Source: an uncultured Acetatifactor sp.
GTDB taxonomy: Bacteria > Bacillota > Clostridia > Lachnospirales > Lachnospiraceae
Assembly (NCBI GenBank): GCA_910586515.1
Contig: CAJUGL010000006.1
Location: 23,758-87,757 of the forward strand
Length of the DNA stretch: 64,000 nucleotides
Direction: 5' to 3'
Part shown: piece by piece, positions 1-8,849 of the stretch
How the letters are laid out: every line of letters starts with the position of its first letter
Numbering within the stretch: position 1 is the first letter of the stretch
Made by a program: the position numbers and the translations under genes
Notes under the pieces: generated by a model
The model's input: the letters and a program-made list of their open reading frames with translations, nothing else
What the model was told of the DNA's origin: nothing
Databases searched by the model: none

Positions 1-585
1 CGTCATTACATTGCCCCGCATCATCTCCTCGTCGGCGTGAAGATCCCGGGTACAGGACTCCAGTCTCCAGGCCGGCGACGCCTCAAGCTCCTCAAGGGCA
101 AAGTCAAAAAGAGCCTGATTGTCCGTCTTGAATTCAAGCCTGCCCTCAGGCTTCAGCATCCGGGCAAACCGCGCCAGAAACTCTCTGGAAGGCAGCCTGC
201 GTTTCGCATGCCTGTCCTTGGGCCATGGATCGGAAAAATTCAGATAGATTCTGTCCGCTTCCCCCGGCCCGAACACCTTTCCGATGTCCTCCGCATCCAT
301 CCGCAGAAACTTCAGATTGGGAAGCTCCTCCTGCTCCATCCTGCTCACGGCCCGCAGCAGAACGCTGGAATATTTCTCTATGCCCACATAATTCACAGTC
401 GGATGCTCCTTAGCCATAGTATGGATGAATTTTCCCTTTCCCATACCTGCTTCCACATGAACCGGCTGTTCGTTTCCGAAGATTTCCTTCCATCTGCCGG
501 CGCACTGAGGCTGCACTTCCTCCTGTATCACATAAGGGCTGCGTGAAATCACCTCCCTTGATCCTGTAATATTGCGTAATCTCAT
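1..585 (-). CDS. trmB: tRNA (guanine-N7)-methyltransferase TrmB; C-terminus runs off the window start
   Basis: Own translation of the minus strand from ATG (583-585): MRLRNITGSREVISRSPYVIQEE...VHVEAGMGKGKFIHTMAKEHPTVNYVGIEKY...RIYLNFSDPWPKDRHAKRRL... The FSDPWPK-x-RH-x-KRR block and the G-x-G SAM loop are TrmB hallmarks. It is missing from the ORF track because no stop codon lies inside the window. Listed ORFs 37..546 and 410..613 are shadows of it. Confidence 0.85.
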   Translation of the reverse strand, partial: MRLRNITGSREVISRSPYVIQEEVQPQCAGRWKEIFGNEQPVHVEAGMGKGKFIHTMAKEHPTVNYVGIEKYSSVLLRAVSRMEQEELPNLKFLRMDAEDIGKVFGPGEADRIYLNFSDPWPKDRHAKRRLPSREFLARFARMLKPEGRLEFKTDNQALFDFALEELEASPAWRLESCTRDLHADEEMMRGNVMT

Positions 586-699
586 CTTTCTCACTTTTCT
601 TTCCGCTTGCCATATTTAGGTAATTCGATACTATACTTACTGTACTTTAATTTCCCGGACTTGTCAATCCATACTTGCGTTTCGGGCCTGAATGTGTAT

Positions 700-747
700 A
701 ATTATGGGTAACAGTTCAGCGCCCTGTCTGAACTGATACAATTATGG
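700..747. mobile_element. 32-bp palindromic mini-element (708-739) flanked by the 8-bp direct repeat AATTATGG
   Basis: GTAACAGTTCAG-CGCC-CTGTCTGAACTGATAC (708-739) is 30/32 identical to the right end (27970-28001) of the MITE-like element in the speD leader. AATTATGG sits immediately on both sides (700-707, 740-747). It lies in the divergent trmB/carboxypeptidase intergenic region. Confidence 0.5.
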
Positions 748-851
748 GTAACAATTATGTAAAAAGATAATCAGCTCAGCTCCCCCGCAGCTGCGGCCGC
801 TGCCCAGGCAGAAACGCATCCCGGGGGCAGCCGAATCGGGAGAAATTAATC

Positions 852-2291
852 ATGCTTAGACAGTTTCGCCATACATGTTTATCCGTTCTGGCAGCCGCTC
901 TTGCGGGAAGCCTTTTTCTCGGCTCGCCCATCACCGGGCTGGCCGATTCCGACACAGAGCAGCGGCTGGAAGAACAGCGCGCCATGCCTGTACAGTCCAA
1001 TGAGATCCCCAACTGGCCCAACGGACCTGTGGTAGGGGCGGAGTCCGCCATTCTGATGGACGCGGAGACCGGTACCATACTCTACGCCAAAAACATTCAT
1101 CAGCGCCAATACCCTGCCAGCACCACGAAAATACTCACCACCCTTATCGCCACGGAACGCTGCGAGATGGACGAAATCGTTTCCTTTTCCCATGACGCGG
1201 TGTTCGACACCCCCTGGGACAGCAGTCATATCGCCATGGATGCAGGGCAGGAGCTGACCATGGAACAATGTCTGAACGCTATATTAATCCGCTCCGCCAA
1301 TGAGGTATCCTTTGCGGTAGCCGAACATATCACCCAGAGCACGGACTGGCTGGTCTTCGCGGAGATCATGAACCAACGGGCAGAGGAACTGGGCTGTCTT
1401 GACAGCCATTTCGTGAACCCCAACGGCCTGCCTGACCAGGACCACTACACCACCGCCTACGACCTGGCCATGATCGGCAGAGCTTTTTTTGCCAATGAAA
1501 TGCTCTGCAAAATTACCCTGACCCGGCGCATGGAATTTCCCGCAACGGAAAAGCTGCCTCTGGGCAAGCTGGAAAACAACCATATGCAGATCATTCCCGG
1601 AGGCACCTATGCCTACGAATACCTGACAGGCTGCAAAACCGGCTACACTGACGACGCAAGAAGCTGTCTGGTCTCCTGCGCGGAAAAAAACGGTATGCGG
1701 CTGATCTGCGTGGTCATGCATGACGAGGCGCCCTATCAGTACGAGGATACCATATCCCTCTACGAGTACGGCTTTTCCAATTTCGAAAAAGTAAACGTAT
1801 CTCAGTCAGAAACAAAATACAATATCGACAATACAGGACTGTTTTACAGCGGAAACGATATTTTCGGCAGTTCTCAGCCCTTTCTGTCCCTGGACAGAGA
1901 CGACTTTATCCTTCTGCCCAAGACAGTCTCCTTCCGGGACCTGGACTCCGTCATCTCCTATGACACGGAAGACGAAAATCAGGCCGCAATCATCCGATAC
2001 TCCTATAACGGCGTCGATATCGGTTCCGTGAGAGTTAATTTTTCCGCCGGAGCCCAACAAAGTGATCTTTTCGAAAATCTGCCTGAAACGGAAATTCCGG
2101 ATAATTCCGTCCTCTATGTGAATATGACCGTAATCCTGATTACCCTGGGCGTAATCGCAGGGCTTATCCTCATCTGGCTCCTGATCCGCGCCGTCCTGAA
2201 AAACTATGCCTTTCTGGGCCGCAGAGAACGGCAGAAAAAACGCAGAAAACGCCGTCGGCGCAGTTCAGATACTTTTACTTTCCGGGATTGA
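852..2291 (+). CDS. D-alanyl-D-alanine carboxypeptidase (S11 serine peptidase, low-MW PBP)
   Basis: 479-aa ORF with RBS GGGAGAA about 8 nt upstream and a signal-like N-terminus. It has the SxxK (STTK), SxN (SANE) and KTG (KTGYT) penicillin-binding motifs in the correct order, plus a C-terminal TM helix and basic tail. Confidence 0.85.
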   Translation: MLRQFRHTCLSVLAAALAGSLFLGSPITGLADSDTEQRLEEQRAMPVQSNEIPNWPNGPVVGAESAILMDAETGTILYAKNIHQRQYPASTTKILTTLIATERCEMDEIVSFSHDAVFDTPWDSSHIAMDAGQELTMEQCLNAILIRSANEVSFAVAEHITQSTDWLVFAEIMNQRAEELGCLDSHFVNPNGLPDQDHYTTAYDLAMIGRAFFANEMLCKITLTRRMEFPATEKLPLGKLENNHMQIIPGGTYAYEYLTGCKTGYTDDARSCLVSCAEKNGMRLICVVMHDEAPYQYEDTISLYEYGFSNFEKVNVSQSETKYNIDNTGLFYSGNDIFGSSQPFLSLDRDDFILLPKTVSFRDLDSVISYDTEDENQAAIIRYSYNGVDIGSVRVNFSAGAQQSDLFENLPETEIPDNSVLYVNMTVILITLGVIAGLILIWLLIRAVLKNYAFLGRRERQKKRRKRRRRSSDTFTFRD

Positions 2292-3225
2292 GACGGGACT
2301 TTCGCACATGCTCGCTGCGCTTCTTCAGTAGCGCAGCCTCCTCAGGAGAGATCAGTTTCGTGGTCTTGACAATGTACACTCTATCGTCATCCGATTTTCT
2401 GACTCTGATTTTCCCCTTCAGATAACCGTGCTCCACGCAGTGGGCCAGACAGTAATAATTTCTCCCGTTCGGGCTGAACCATCTGATCTTTTTCCGCAGA
2501 TTCCGACAGCAGAGATAGCATTTGCTGGACACTACCTCCCTGTCCGCAAAGGCCTCCGCCCTGCTGCCAAATTCCCTGCTGATAAACTTCGCGTAAGTGC
2601 CGAAGCGAACCCTGACTTCCGACGCTCTGTCCGCCGGCGGATGGAATACGTCATAGGACACATTCTTTATTATCTCCGGCTTCTCCGCCAGGATTTCCTC
2701 CAGAATCACGGCCGTATAGGCTGCGTCTCCTATGGCCCGGTGAAAAGGAATATCCTTCTCCAATCCCAGCAGGTCCACCGCATGCTCCAGGGCGCGTCTG
2801 GATTTCCCGTCCTCAAAAGCGATGCTGAACAGCTTCTGAACATCCAGAAAGGCTATGGGCCCTCCGGCGAGAGGTTTCATCCGATAAAATTTCATATTCC
2901 TCTGGAGTTCCGTCAAATCTGCGTTTCCCCAGGTACAGAACCAATAGGCATCCTCTCCGCACCAGGAGAGAAAATCCTCCGCAGCCTGAACAAAGGGTAC
3001 GCCTGCCTCCAGCTCCTGCATTTGCAAATGAATCAGTTTGCCCGTAATCTGATGCATCTCATGGTACACCGCCGGCCTGATCAGCTGACTGAACTCTCCC
3101 AGCTTCTTCCCCTGACCGTCCAGCTTCACCGCGCCTATCTCCACAATCTCAAAAGGCAGGCCTGCCGCCTCCTCCCGCGCGGCATTTCCCTGATTCCACT
3201 CCAAATCCAATACAATATAATTCAT
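2275..3225 (-). CDS. 3'-5' exonuclease, DEDDh family (KapD/ERI-1-like)
   Basis: The ORF track gives 2275..3330. I prefer the ATG at 3223-3225 (MNYIVLDLEWNQ...), which has RBS AAGGA 5 nt upstream and lies after the stop of the upstream gene (3240). It has the Exo I motif D-L-E and a DEDDh-like layout. The 3' end overlaps the convergent carboxypeptidase gene by 17 nt. Confidence 0.7.
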   Translation of the reverse strand: MNYIVLDLEWNQGNAAREEAAGLPFEIVEIGAVKLDGQGKKLGEFSQLIRPAVYHEMHQITGKLIHLQMQELEAGVPFVQAAEDFLSWCGEDAYWFCTWGNADLTELQRNMKFYRMKPLAGGPIAFLDVQKLFSIAFEDGKSRRALEHAVDLLGLEKDIPFHRAIGDAAYTAVILEEILAEKPEIIKNVSYDVFHPPADRASEVRVRFGTYAKFISREFGSRAEAFADREVVSSKCYLCCRNLRKKIRWFSPNGRNYYCLAHCVEHGYLKGKIRVRKSDDDRVYIVKTTKLISPEEAALLKKRSEHVRKSRLNPGK

Positions 3226-3239
3226 GTCATTCCTTCCGC

Positions 3240-4079
3240 TTATTGATGTTCTATCCATGTGTGCACCAGCGAAATCCAGGAAGCGCATTCCTCCTGCACA
3301 CCCGCGCCATCCCTGTTGGCAGTGAGCCAAGTGGCCAGAGAAAGCCCATGCCCGCCTCTGGGATACAGATGAAACTCCGCAGCCACACCCGCTCTGCGCA
3401 GCGCGCCTGCAAACAGCAGCGAATTTTCCACCGGAACCGCATCATCCGCAAAGGTATGCCAGATAAACGCCGGCGGCGTATGGGCGCCTACCTGATTTTC
3501 CAGAGAAAGAAGCTCCATAACCGGCTGGGACAGCTTTTCGGAAAGCGCCCGGGTCTGCCCGCCCACCAGATTCTCAAAAGATCCCCTGTGGGCAAACTCC
3601 CCGGCGCTGATCACAGGATAGCATAGAATCAGGCCGTCCGGTCTATAGATCTCCGTCTCCTGCTCCTGTCCCATGGCTTCCGCCAGAAAACGCCGATTCC
3701 AGAACACTCCCAGGGAAGCGGCCAGATGTCCGCCGGCCGAGCAGCCCAGCACAAAGATACGATTGGGCAAAATGTGCCAATTTTCCGCATTTCTCCGGAG
3801 CAGGCGAATACTGCAGGCCAGCTCCGTAAGCGCTGTGGGAAACACAGCCGGCGCGCAGGAATACCTCAGCACAGCCGCGTGATATCCCATAGCCAAAAAG
3901 GCCAGGGCCAGCGGCTCCGCTTCTCGCTCCGAGGTAAAACCGTAGCCGCCGCCCGGACAGATCAGCACCAATGGTCTGTCCGACACCGCCAGCTCTTCGT
4001 AATCTTCCTGAATATAAACCGTCAGCCCGGCATAGGGCTGAGAGCCATCCATCTTCACCGGATACGTCTCATGAATCAT
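3240..4079 (-). CDS. alpha/beta-hydrolase fold esterase/lipase
   Basis: Start chosen at MIHETYPV (ATG 4077-4079, RBS GGAGG 7 nt upstream). It has an oxyanion-type CPGGGY motif, the nucleophile elbow GCSAGGH (G-x-S-x-G), and a C-terminal His region GGHG. Confidence 0.7.
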   Translation of the reverse strand: MIHETYPVKMDGSQPYAGLTVYIQEDYEELAVSDRPLVLICPGGGYGFTSEREAEPLALAFLAMGYHAAVLRYSCAPAVFPTALTELACSIRLLRRNAENWHILPNRIFVLGCSAGGHLAASLGVFWNRRFLAEAMGQEQETEIYRPDGLILCYPVISAGEFAHRGSFENLVGGQTRALSEKLSQPVMELLSLENQVGAHTPPAFIWHTFADDAVPVENSLLFAGALRRAGVAAEFHLYPRGGHGLSLATWLTANRDGAGVQEECASWISLVHTWIEHQ

Positions 4080-4169
4080 ACCTTTTCCTCCGAAATTTCC
4101 GGGATTTCCGCGCATAAACACACGAAAATCCCCGGCTGGACTGCCTGTAAACGGCAGCAGTTCTCCTTC

Positions 4170-5603
4170 TTAATACGCCCGTCCCCAATATACCATCTTC
4201 TTCGCCGGCCTGCCGCAGCACACACAGGTCTCCGCAATCTGTTCCTGCTCAAAGGGCATGCAGCGGCTGGTGACGGCCAGTTTCTCCTTGATCCTGTCCT
4301 CGCAGGCCTGATCCCCGCACCACATCGCCTTCACAAAGCCGGATTTCTCCGCGAAAATCCGCTCAAATTCCTCCATGTCGGAGGCAGTATAGGTGTGCGC
4401 ATCCCGATGGTTCCTGGCATGTTCCAGCATCTCTTTCTGAATGGTCTCCAAAAGTTCCCCGGCCTTTTCTTCCAACGCCTCCAGAGCCACTTCTATCTTT
4501 TCTCCGGTATCCCTTCGACACATAACGCATCGCCCTGCCTCCATATCCTTGGGACCGATTTCCACACGGATAGGATATCCGCGCATTTCGGCCTCAGCGA
4601 ATTTCCAGCCGGGACTCTTGTCGGAATCGTCCACCTTCACCCGGAAATTTCCGCTAAGCCGGTCCCGCATCTCGTAAGCCTTATCCAACACACCCTCTTT
4701 CTTCTGCTGGATCGGTACAATGCATATCTGCACAGGCGCAACTCTGGGCGGCATGACCAGCCCCTGATTGTCCCCATGCACCATAATGATTGCCCCGATG
4801 AGACGGGTGGTCATTCCCCAGGATGTCTGATGGACGTATTTCAATGTATTGTCCTTATCCGCAAACTGAATGCCGAACGCCTTTGCAAATCCGTCTCCGA
4901 AATTATGGCTGGTGCCGGACTGCAGCGCCTTGCCGTCATGCATGAGCGCCTCTATGGTATAAGTGGCAATTGCGCCGGCAAATTTCTCCTTGTCCGTCTT
5001 CCGGCCCCTGATCACGGGAATTGCCAGCACCTCCTCACAGAAGTCCCCGTACACATTCAGCATCTGGATTGTACGCTCCTGGGCCTCCTGGGCCGTGGCA
5101 TGGGCGGTATGCCCCTCCTGCCACAGAAATTCTCTTGAACGCAGGAAAGGCCTGGTCTCCTTCTCCCAGCGCACCACCGAACACCACTGATTATAGACTT
5201 TCGGCAGGTCACGGTAGGAATGGATATCATTTTTATAAAAATCGCAGAAAAGCGTCTCCGAGGTGGGCCTCACACACAATCTCTCCTGCAGGGGGGCAAG
5301 CCCGCCATGGGTCACCCAGGCCACCTCAGGCGCAAAGCCCTCCACATGATCTTTTTCCTTCTGCAGCAGAGATTCCGGAATAAACATGGGCAGATATACA
5401 TTCTCCACCCCGGTCTCCTTGAATCTCCCGTCCAGCTGCTTCTGAATCAGCTCCCAAACCGCATAACCTGCCGGTTTTATCACCATACATCCCTTGACGG
5501 AAGTATAATCGATCAGCTCCGCTTTCTTTACCACATCCGTATACCACTGCGCAAAATCCGTCTCCATGGATGTGATCTCTTCTACCATTTTCTTTTCTGC
5601 CAT
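4170..5603 (-). CDS. proS: proline--tRNA ligase (class II, short archaeal/eukaryote-like form)
   Basis: 477-aa ORF with RBS GGAGGAAAA. The N-terminus [28 protein letters not shown], the class II core and the C-terminal Zn-type CxxC...YWGRAY tail are typical of this ProRS form. It is preceded by a T-box leader. Confidence 0.95.
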   Translation of the reverse strand: MAEKKMVEEITSMETDFAQWYTDVVKKAELIDYTSVKGCMVIKPAGYAVWELIQKQLDGRFKETGVENVYLPMFIPESLLQKEKDHVEGFAPEVAWVTHGGLAPLQERLCVRPTSETLFCDFYKNDIHSYRDLPKVYNQWCSVVRWEKETRPFLRSREFLWQEGHTAHATAQEAQERTIQMLNVYGDFCEEVLAIPVIRGRKTDKEKFAGAIATYTIEALMHDGKALQSGTSHNFGDGFAKAFGIQFADKDNTLKYVHQTSWGMTTRLIGAIIMVHGDNQGLVMPPRVAPVQICIVPIQQKKEGVLDKAYEMRDRLSGNFRVKVDDSDKSPGWKFAEAEMRGYPIRVEIGPKDMEAGRCVMCRRDTGEKIEVALEALEEKAGELLETIQKEMLEHARNHRDAHTYTASDMEEFERIFAEKSGFVKAMWCGDQACEDRIKEKLAVTSRCMPFEQEQIAETCVCCGRPAKKMVYWGRAY

Positions 5604-6007
5604 ATTTTCCTCCTCATTTCGCTTCTCCGTCCGCCGTCAGTTCCTGTTGCGTTGTAACAGCCGGACGAATGCTTTTTCCTGTAAGGCAAAACCGCCGGAC
5701 TTCCATCCCCAAAGGGACCGGAAATCCGGCGGTACCACCCTGATTGACATAATTTCGTCCATCTCCAGTCTGTAACGCAGACCTGCGCCATGCTTTCTCC
5801 CTTTGCCGTATGGCAAATGCCGTCTTCGGCAAAAAGGGCCTCGCACAGAGCTCCGAGGCAGGTTCCGAATCCTCCGCATAAGAACCTCTCAGCCCCCACG
5901 CAGACAGACGATTTCCGCCATCCTGCATGCCGGTTCTCTCTCTGGAATGCTTTCCGATCCGTACTGTTCCTCTTCACAGCCGTAATTTCTATATACATAG
6001 TATAAAT
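5604..6007 (-). promoter_or_regulatory. T-box riboswitch leader of proS (candidate proline CCU specifier)
   Basis: The minus-strand leader contains the T-box sequence AATCAGGGTGGTACCGCCG (rc of 5727-5745). A competing terminator CCGCCGGA...TCCGGCGG + TTTT sits at 5688-5732. Stem I shows CCAGAGAGAG (rc about 5933-5946). The candidate specifier loop is AUUCGGAA-CCU-G (CCU = rc 5860-5862). Confidence 0.85.
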
Positions 6008-6014
6008 TGTAATG

Positions 6015-6043
6015 ATTATAGTTCAGCGGCCAGAGTTTGTCAA
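6015..6043 (-). promoter_or_regulatory. sigma-A type promoter for the proS T-box leader
   Basis: The minus strand reads TTGACA (rc 6038-6043), a 17-nt spacer, then TATAAT (rc 6015-6020). Both hexamers are perfect consensus. Confidence 0.6.
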
Positions 6044-6077
6044 GCGGAAAATGGGACCCGGCAATCAACAACCGCTT

Positions 6078-6428
6078 TTACCCGAAATCTTTATACAGAG
6101 TCAGATTCACGAATCCGTCCTCCACTTTTATCTCCGCCTTGTCCACCATCATGCCCACCAAAAGCAGCTCACTGGTCTCTCCGTAATTGCCCGAACCAGC
6201 CAGCTCCCAGTAAATATCCTCAATCCCGTTATTCCTCTGCTCTTTCAGACACTGCAGAGCTTCCAGCTGGTCTTCGCAGTCCGGCCGGTAATTGGCCCGA
6301 AAGGTAAACACACCCAACCCATCCCGTTTCTCCATGTCAGTACTTATCCGGTCGGCTCCTATGGATAAAAAAAACATAGTGAGTTCCGCCACAATCTTTG
6401 CCACTTTTCTCTGTTCGTCAAACATCAT
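6078..6428 (-). CDS. hypothetical small cytoplasmic protein (116 aa)
   Basis: ORF 6078..6488 trimmed to MMFDEQRKV... (ATG 6426-6428), preceded by GAGGAAAAAGGGA. I recognise no family. It lies directly downstream of the DUF1576-like gene and is probably co-transcribed. Confidence 0.5.
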   Translation of the reverse strand: MMFDEQRKVAKIVAELTMFFLSIGADRISTDMEKRDGLGVFTFRANYRPDCEDQLEALQCLKEQRNNGIEDIYWELAGSGNYGETSELLLVGMMVDKAEIKVEDGFVNLTLYKDFG

Positions 6429-6495
6429 GTCCCTTTTTCCTCTTTCTCCCCTCATATGATGTCGGAGGCAAGCTCTTCCCGCAGGCAAGCCCGCA

Positions 6496-7800
6496 TCAGT
6501 TTTTTGCCCTTTTGCCCCTGGATTCCTTATGTTCCAGCATTAAGCTTTCCAGCGCCGGCACCATGATAATCGCCACCCAGCCCGCGCTGAATCCGTTATT
6601 GTACAAATTTAATCCCCCGTACATCTGCGCCGTGCAGGTGACGATAGCCACATGGAGCATACCGGCCACTATCCCCGCGGCCACGCCGAAACGCCCTGCC
6701 ATGGGCGAAAGTCCCACTGCAAAAATCGCCGCCAGCTGTATTCCCGGCGTTGTAGGCGCATAATGATTCAGGAAAGTGGAAAGATACACGCCGCAGAGCA
6801 CGGGTATGTAATTCTTCACATGGACGCCGAAGGCCGCAAAGCCGAAAGCCGTCAGAATGGCGCCGGCTACAGGTCCTGACAAATCTCCGCCGATCAAATA
6901 GATATAGGTCTCGCAGAGCGCCCCCACCATAGCCATGTTCATCAGGGTGCTTCCCTCGCCCTCCATCAGGACGAAATCGGCCACCGCACGCCCGGGATGC
7001 TTCCAGATCTTCAGAATTCCCCGCAGCTCTCCCCGACTCAGGTACAGGCCGTATAAAAAGGTCAGCAGAAAATAGATATACAGTCCCGTCCCAAGCCACG
7101 CCGGCCTTCCCTCACGCCAGATGAGCACTGACTCACACTCAAGTCCGAAGGATTTCAGAATACACACCAGCACAAAAGCCAGAATGCCTGCCGAGAAACC
7201 TACATTGAACAAATTAAATCCCTTGTGCATGGAGGCTGTGTGCACCGAGAGTTCGGGAAGCGTAAAACCGATCAATATCCCCGCTCCCACCGATATCAGC
7301 AGATTGACTCTTTTGTCAAAGGGAAGGATGTAGATCAGCTCAGTCACCAGCGGAGAAAGGCTGGTACCGAACAGCGCCGTATACAGATACCTGCCCAGAC
7401 GGGAGCCGTGCAGCTTGGCATAGAGCGACGCGCCCAACAGTATCGGCAGAATATTTACCGGATTCTTTCCCCACATGGCATATCCCACATTGATAAACAT
7501 GGCCGCCATAGTCAGTCCCGTGAACTTCACCTTTTCCCTGTACAGCAGATACAGTCCCATTGCCATCACCAGCACTGCATTGGCAAGAGCCGCCCCGTAT
7601 CCTGCCAGCTCAAAGTAATCGGTGATCAGCGCGTCCCGGGAAACAACGATGATCCAGAGTCCCCTGAGCACTTCCCCGGGTCCCTGTCCTCCCTCAACCA
7701 TACCCACAATTCCTATCACTGCCAGCAGCAGCAGCGAAAACAGACTGAAATACTTCAATTCCCTGCCTTCCAGTCTCTTCCTGATCCTCTCTCCCTCCAT
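6496..7800 (-). CDS. polytopic membrane protein (DUF1576-like, from memory)
   Basis: 434-aa ORF with about 10-12 hydrophobic segments. The N-terminal region ...VVSRDALITDYFELAGYGAALANA... resembles clostridial DUF1576 proteins as I recall them. Function unknown. Confidence 0.6.
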   Translation of the reverse strand: MEGERIRKRLEGRELKYFSLFSLLLLAVIGIVGMVEGGQGPGEVLRGLWIIVVSRDALITDYFELAGYGAALANAVLVMAMGLYLLYREKVKFTGLTMAAMFINVGYAMWGKNPVNILPILLGASLYAKLHGSRLGRYLYTALFGTSLSPLVTELIYILPFDKRVNLLISVGAGILIGFTLPELSVHTASMHKGFNLFNVGFSAGILAFVLVCILKSFGLECESVLIWREGRPAWLGTGLYIYFLLTFLYGLYLSRGELRGILKIWKHPGRAVADFVLMEGEGSTLMNMAMVGALCETYIYLIGGDLSGPVAGAILTAFGFAAFGVHVKNYIPVLCGVYLSTFLNHYAPTTPGIQLAAIFAVGLSPMAGRFGVAAGIVAGMLHVAIVTCTAQMYGGLNLYNNGFSAGWVAIIMVPALESLMLEHKESRGKRAKN

Positions 7801-7888
7801 TCTTACCTCCGTTTTCCGCAGAATCGATAATATTCAAACTGTTTTGCGCACAGTTTTCTTTTCCGATTAAGGAGAAAAGCTTCAGGTG

Positions 7889-8578
7889 TTATCCCCGAAG
7901 CTTCTTCAAAGCCTTCTCCCCGATCAGGCATTGCCCATGTTCCTTCAGCGGCATGGCCTGAGCCTCCTCGGCGGCAAACAGACTGCCGAACTCCATGGCC
8001 TGCACACAGGCTCTGCTGTATCGCTCATAGGATGCATGCCCTTTAAGCAAGTACAGATAATAAAGTCCGTTCATCTCATACAGCCTGCTGTCTACGGCCA
8101 GATTAGAGGGCAGCATGGAGGCATATTCCATTATTCTGCCGATTCCCGAAAACACAAATACGGCAAAGCCCGGACGGCTGGCCGGGGCAGGAGGCTCGGC
8201 GGCCTGGGTTTTCCCGGAAGCCTCCCCCGTATCTTCCCCGCCTCCTGCCGCGTTTATTCTCTCCCGCGTTTTCTGCAGGATTTTCTTCATCTCTCTCAGG
8301 CACTCTATAAACTGATCGCTGTCGCGGACATCCGGATCCCTGTCGGAAAAGGTCAAAATCAAACCCTGGTCAGGCAGCATCATAATCTGCAGGTCAAAGG
8401 CAAACTTGGGCGGCTTGTAGCCGACTTCCTCCTCGGCCTGCTCTATGATTTCCTGCACCACTTCTCTGGCCTTGTCGCTGCGCAGAATAAAGTCTTTATA
8501 ATCAATATCATATTCTTCCAGTTCCTCGTTTGACAGAAAACATTTAACTGTTTTTTCATCTACTCTTTCTATTCTCAT
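7889..8578 (-). CDS. mecA: adaptor protein MecA (ClpC adaptor)
   Basis: Start at MRIERVDEKTVKCFLSNEELEEYDIDYKDF... (ATG 8576-8578, RBS GAGGA 7 nt upstream). It shows the typical MecA N-domain, an acidic/Pro linker and a C-domain. The upstream in-frame extension in the ORF track has no RBS. Confidence 0.85.
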   Translation of the reverse strand: MRIERVDEKTVKCFLSNEELEEYDIDYKDFILRSDKAREVVQEIIEQAEEEVGYKPPKFAFDLQIMMLPDQGLILTFSDRDPDVRDSDQFIECLREMKKILQKTRERINAAGGGEDTGEASGKTQAAEPPAPASRPGFAVFVFSGIGRIMEYASMLPSNLAVDSRLYEMNGLYYLYLLKGHASYERYSRACVQAMEFGSLFAAEEAQAMPLKEHGQCLIGEKALKKLRG

Positions 8579-8800
8579 ATCATTTTCCTCATCGGCAACA
8601 GCTCCGCCCCATAAAACATTTTCCGCAGTCAGACCGCCACGTTCGGGCCGCCCGCAGCTGCAGAAAGATTTGCAGACTACACCGTGAAACAACACCTCCG
8701 CGTGTCACCTTTATGATATCATGATATTCCGAATTTTTCAATTATATAAGTTTTCCATTCTGTACAATATTTTATACATTCTTTTATTCATATTTACGGC

Positions 8801-8828
8801 AAACCCCCCTGCTGTCACACAGGGGGGG
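8801..8828 (-). terminator. possible intrinsic terminator after the surface-protein operon
   Basis: The minus strand reads CCCCCCTG-tgtgacag-CAGGGGGG followed by TTTGCC. The G/C stem is strong but the U-tract is weak. Confidence 0.4.
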
Positions 8829-8849
8829 CACAGATCGTTCTTTATTCCT

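Noticed and set aside
410-613. 67-aa minus-strand ORF at the trmB start
   Set aside because: It is an alternative frame overlapping the true TrmB N-terminus. The TrmB frame starting at 585 carries the conserved motifs.
3726-5138. 470-aa plus-strand ORF (and the nested ORFs 4441..4677, 4963..5190, 5021..5383 and 5220..5657)
   Set aside because: It lies entirely antisense to, or off-frame within, the very well supported proS gene. The composition is Arg/Pro/Gly/His-rich with low complexity, typical of shadow ORFs in G+C-rich coding DNA, and it has no RBS.
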